This document shows, in pieces, positions 5,766 through 8,748 of a DNA stretch of 8,748 bases. The notes under the pieces were generated by a model that ran no database searches, had not been told where the DNA came from, and was given only the letters and a program-made list of their open reading frames with translations. Made by a program: the position numbers and the translations under genes. Position 1 is the stretch's first letter, and every line of letters starts with the position of its first letter. The DNA comes from Azolla caroliniana (taxonomy: Eukaryota > Plantae > Polypodiophyta), in assembly GCA_043228905.1 (NCBI GenBank), contig JBHGNT010001420.1, forward strand, positions 1 to 8,748, in the 5' to 3' direction.

Positions 5766-8560
5766 CTCAGTCTGCCCATCTAACTGAGGATGATCAAAAG
5801 AACTAAGACTCAAGGTTGTTTGTAGTTTCTGCATAACTTCTAACCAAAATGTACTTGTAAACTTGGAGTCTCGATCACTTACAATCTCCATTGGTAGACC
5901 ATATAATCTATAAAGATTTCTAATAAACTTAATAGCCAATTGCTTTGCGATAATTGTGGATTTTGTTGGAATGAATCTTGCCATCTTGGTAGGCCGATCA
6001 ACAACCACCCAAATGACATTATTTCCCTCAGTGGAACGAGGTAATCCAACTATGAAATCCATGGATATACTTTGCCACTTTTCAGATGGAATATCGAGGG
6101 TTGCAATAAGCCAACTTTTTTCTATCACTTGGCCTTAATGACCTGACATTGTGGACAACGTATGACATAGGACTCTACCTTAGGTTTCATCTTTGGCCAG
6201 AAAAACCCAGCTTTAATCAAAGCTAATGTTCTTTGCACACCTAGATGTCCAGCAAAAGGGGCATCATGACATTCATACAAAATTTTATTGTTGATGCCCT
6301 TTATGTGTCGTATGCAAACCTTACTATTGCGGTACAATAACCCATTCGCAACATAGTAAAGGGTCTTCGGGGTAGATGTGTTTCCATAATCGACGTCAAT
6401 ACCTATTTCAGCTCTCTTCCAGAACTTGGGAAATGTTCTGTCATCAAGATTTTTTTTTTACCCCGGATCAAATCAAATAAGTCGTCGTTAAATTCTACAA
6501 AACTTAGGGCATTAATTTCTGGAATACGACTCAGGGCATCTGCAATGGAATTCAAAGCTCCTTTTCGATATCTAATTTCGAAATCGAAGTCTTGCATCAA
6601 CTCCGCCTATCTTGCCTTTCGACCCTCAAAATTCTTTTGAAAGAGGAAGTATCGCAAGGATTTGTGGGACCTATTAAAAACTGTAAATTTACTACCATAC
6701 AAATAATGTCACCATTCTTTTGTTGAACCGAGTAATTTCTTTGGGCCGGATCCAATTTGTTGCTTTCAAAAGCAATTGGTCTCCCAAATTGAAATAATGC
6801 AGTCCCAATAGCATAATCACTTGCATCCGTCTCAACTTCAAATGTTTGATTTGGGTCAGTTATAGCTAAAGTAGGTGCATTCACAATTAATGAATTCAAC
6901 TTATTGAAGGTTTCTTCAAGAGAGGCATTCCACTCAATAGGTTTCGTAGACTTTCTTGTAATACCCTTCAATAGGTCTGTAAATGGTGTAGTGTAGGATG
7001 AATAGTTTTGAAGAGATCTTCTTAGGAATCCAACAAATCCTAAGAAAGATCGTAGATCCTTAACATTTGAAGGTCGTGGCTAATTTAATATTGCTTCTAT
7101 CTTAGATTTATCGATAGAAACACCCGACCTAGATATATGGCGTCGAACATACGCAATTTCCTTTTGAAAAAAATCACATTTAGATAGTTTGGCAAATAGC
7201 TTGTATTCATGAAGCTTGTCCAAAACTATTCAGCAATGACACGCATGATCCTCAAATGTGTTACTATATACCATAATTTCATCAAGGAATACGACCACGA
7301 AATCGCCTAGCTGATCTCTGAATATATCATTCATGAATTGCTAGAATGTGGTTGGAGCATCAATCAACCCAAATGGTAGAACCCGAAACTCATAATGACC
7401 ATAATGAGTTCGGAAAGTTGTTTTGGAAACATCTTTATCCGAAAGTTACCCTGATCTGATGATAGCCAAAGCGCAAGTCTATCTTGGTGAAATATCGTGC
7501 ACTTTGGAGTCTATCTATCAAGTCATCAGAACGAGGCAAAGGGTAGGAATTGTGAATGGTGAGTTTATTCAAACCCTAGTAATTTACACACATTCGCTAA
7601 GTTCCATCCTTCTTCTTGCCCAAGATGACGAGAGCTCCCCATGGCGATTTGTTGTACCAGATGTGTCCCATCCTCAAGTACTCCTTGCTTTGTTGGGCAA
7701 TTTCATCATCTTCAGTTCAACTCAACCGATAAGGGGGTATGCTCACAGATTTAGCACCTAGGACCAAGTTTATCTTATGATCTATAGACCGAGGAGGTAA
7801 TCCTTGAGGTAACTTATCTAGGAATAAGTCCTTAAAATGCAACAAGATGTCATGTAGAGCATCTTTCTCAAAATCATCCAATGAACTCTTATCTACAAAT
7901 TGATACAAAGGATCATTGGGTTGTAATATACACGCATAAAATTGTGCATCAACATTTCGATCATAAGTATAAAGATGATTAACAGACATTAAATTGTTTA
8001 TCGCAATCCCATGAATAAAAACTTGTTGGTTGTTATTTCCTTCAAAAGAAATAGTATGATTCGACCAATCGATATCAAGACTATGTCTATTATAAAACCA
8101 TATGTAACCAAGAACTACATCTACCGTTCGTAAACGCCTTACATGAAGTGTAGTTATTTATTACTACGGGTACATCATGTGCAATTAATGAATGCCTTTG
8201 GACATGGCCTCCTGTAGTAAGGACTTTGTAGTCGTGGTCACTTTTGGTTGTTTTTATTTGTAACATCTGCACCATATTAGAGACAAGAAAATTATGAGTG
8301 CCACCACAGTCAAATAGTATAGTTACACTTTGATTGTGGATAGTCCCATAAGTTTTTGTAATACATTAGAACTAACGGAATTCAAATAATTCAAGAACAT
8401 ACTTGGATTATTGGAAGTTGATGGATTTCTTTACGGATTGTTGGAGTTACCGCTCTCCTTTCTCCGCCTACACTTGTTGGCTTTTTGCCCAGGCTTCTTA
8501 CAAAAGTTGAAGATTATTACCCGCCTTTTAGGATTGTCGTTGTCGCGAAAATACGACGAG
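5766..8560 (-). pseudogene. gag-pol: gag-pol pseudogene of element D
   Basis: Degenerate knuckle FNFCKKPGQKANKC (~8470-8512); protease ILFDCGGTHNFL (~8285-8320); [64 protein letters not shown] (FLDE 7278-7289); RNase H VETDASDYAIG, ADALSR; integrase CHDAPFAGHLG...CPQCQ, ISMDFIVGLP, IVSDRDSKFTS, HPQLDGQTE (ends 5766). Confidence 0.94.
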
Positions 8561-8580
8561 GATACGTGAACGTTGAGGAA
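5766..8580 (-). mobile_element. Degenerate Ty3/gypsy LTR retrotransposon D (chromovirus-like motifs), internal region
   Basis: Domain order Gag knuckle-PR-RT-RNaseH-INT on the minus strand is gypsy order; many stops and frameshifts; no LTR or PBS in the window; right boundary uncertain. Confidence 0.93.
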
Positions 8581-8748
8581 AAGAAAAACAATATAATATT
8601 TGGAGAGAGCATGAGTGTAGGAAAAAAAATGGAATTTTATATGGAGTTCTCCCTTGATCATCTGCATGTCCACTTTTTGTTGCATTGCCTCTACTTTTAG
8701 TTGCTTAACTTTTTCTTTTAGTTGCATCTTTTTTTAGTTGCATGGCTT

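Noticed and set aside
7423-7761. 112-aa plus-strand ORF
   Set aside because: Antisense to the conserved RT domain of D; such shadow ORFs are common opposite gypsy RT.
8350-8433. Programmed stop or frameshift between gag and pol of D
   Set aside because: The TAA at 8431-8433 and the frame change at the A-run near 8353-8357 are simply explained by CAA to TAA and a homopolymer deletion in a copy full of similar lesions.

Overview
Eukaryotic (most likely land-plant) repeat-rich DNA made almost entirely of LTR retrotransposons; no host gene, RNA gene or CRISPR array is supported. The window reads as one flank of a four-level nested insertion. (A) 1-2512, minus strand: a young Ty1/copia element (Tnt1/Tork-like) with 5' LTR, tRNA-iMet PBS and gag-protease-integrase running off the left edge, broken by one in-frame TAG in the Gag zinc knuckle. 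(B) 2513-4471, minus: a second Ty1/copia element with 5' LTR, PBS, ~560 nt leader and gag-protease, cut inside the protease by A. (C) 4472-5765, probably plus: the 3' end of an unclassified LTR element carrying a degenerate extra ORF of unknown function and an LTR, cut by B. (D) 5766-~8580, minus: an old, heavily mutated Ty3/gypsy element (Gag knuckle-PR-RT-RH-INT), cut by C just after the integrase catalytic Glu codon. The most unusual cis signals are palindromic or hairpin TATA boxes, a 13-bp U3/pre-AUG complementarity in B, a 28-bp U3 tandem array in A and strong CCGG enrichment in A. All calls come from manual reading; lineage names are by recalled motif similarity, not database search.
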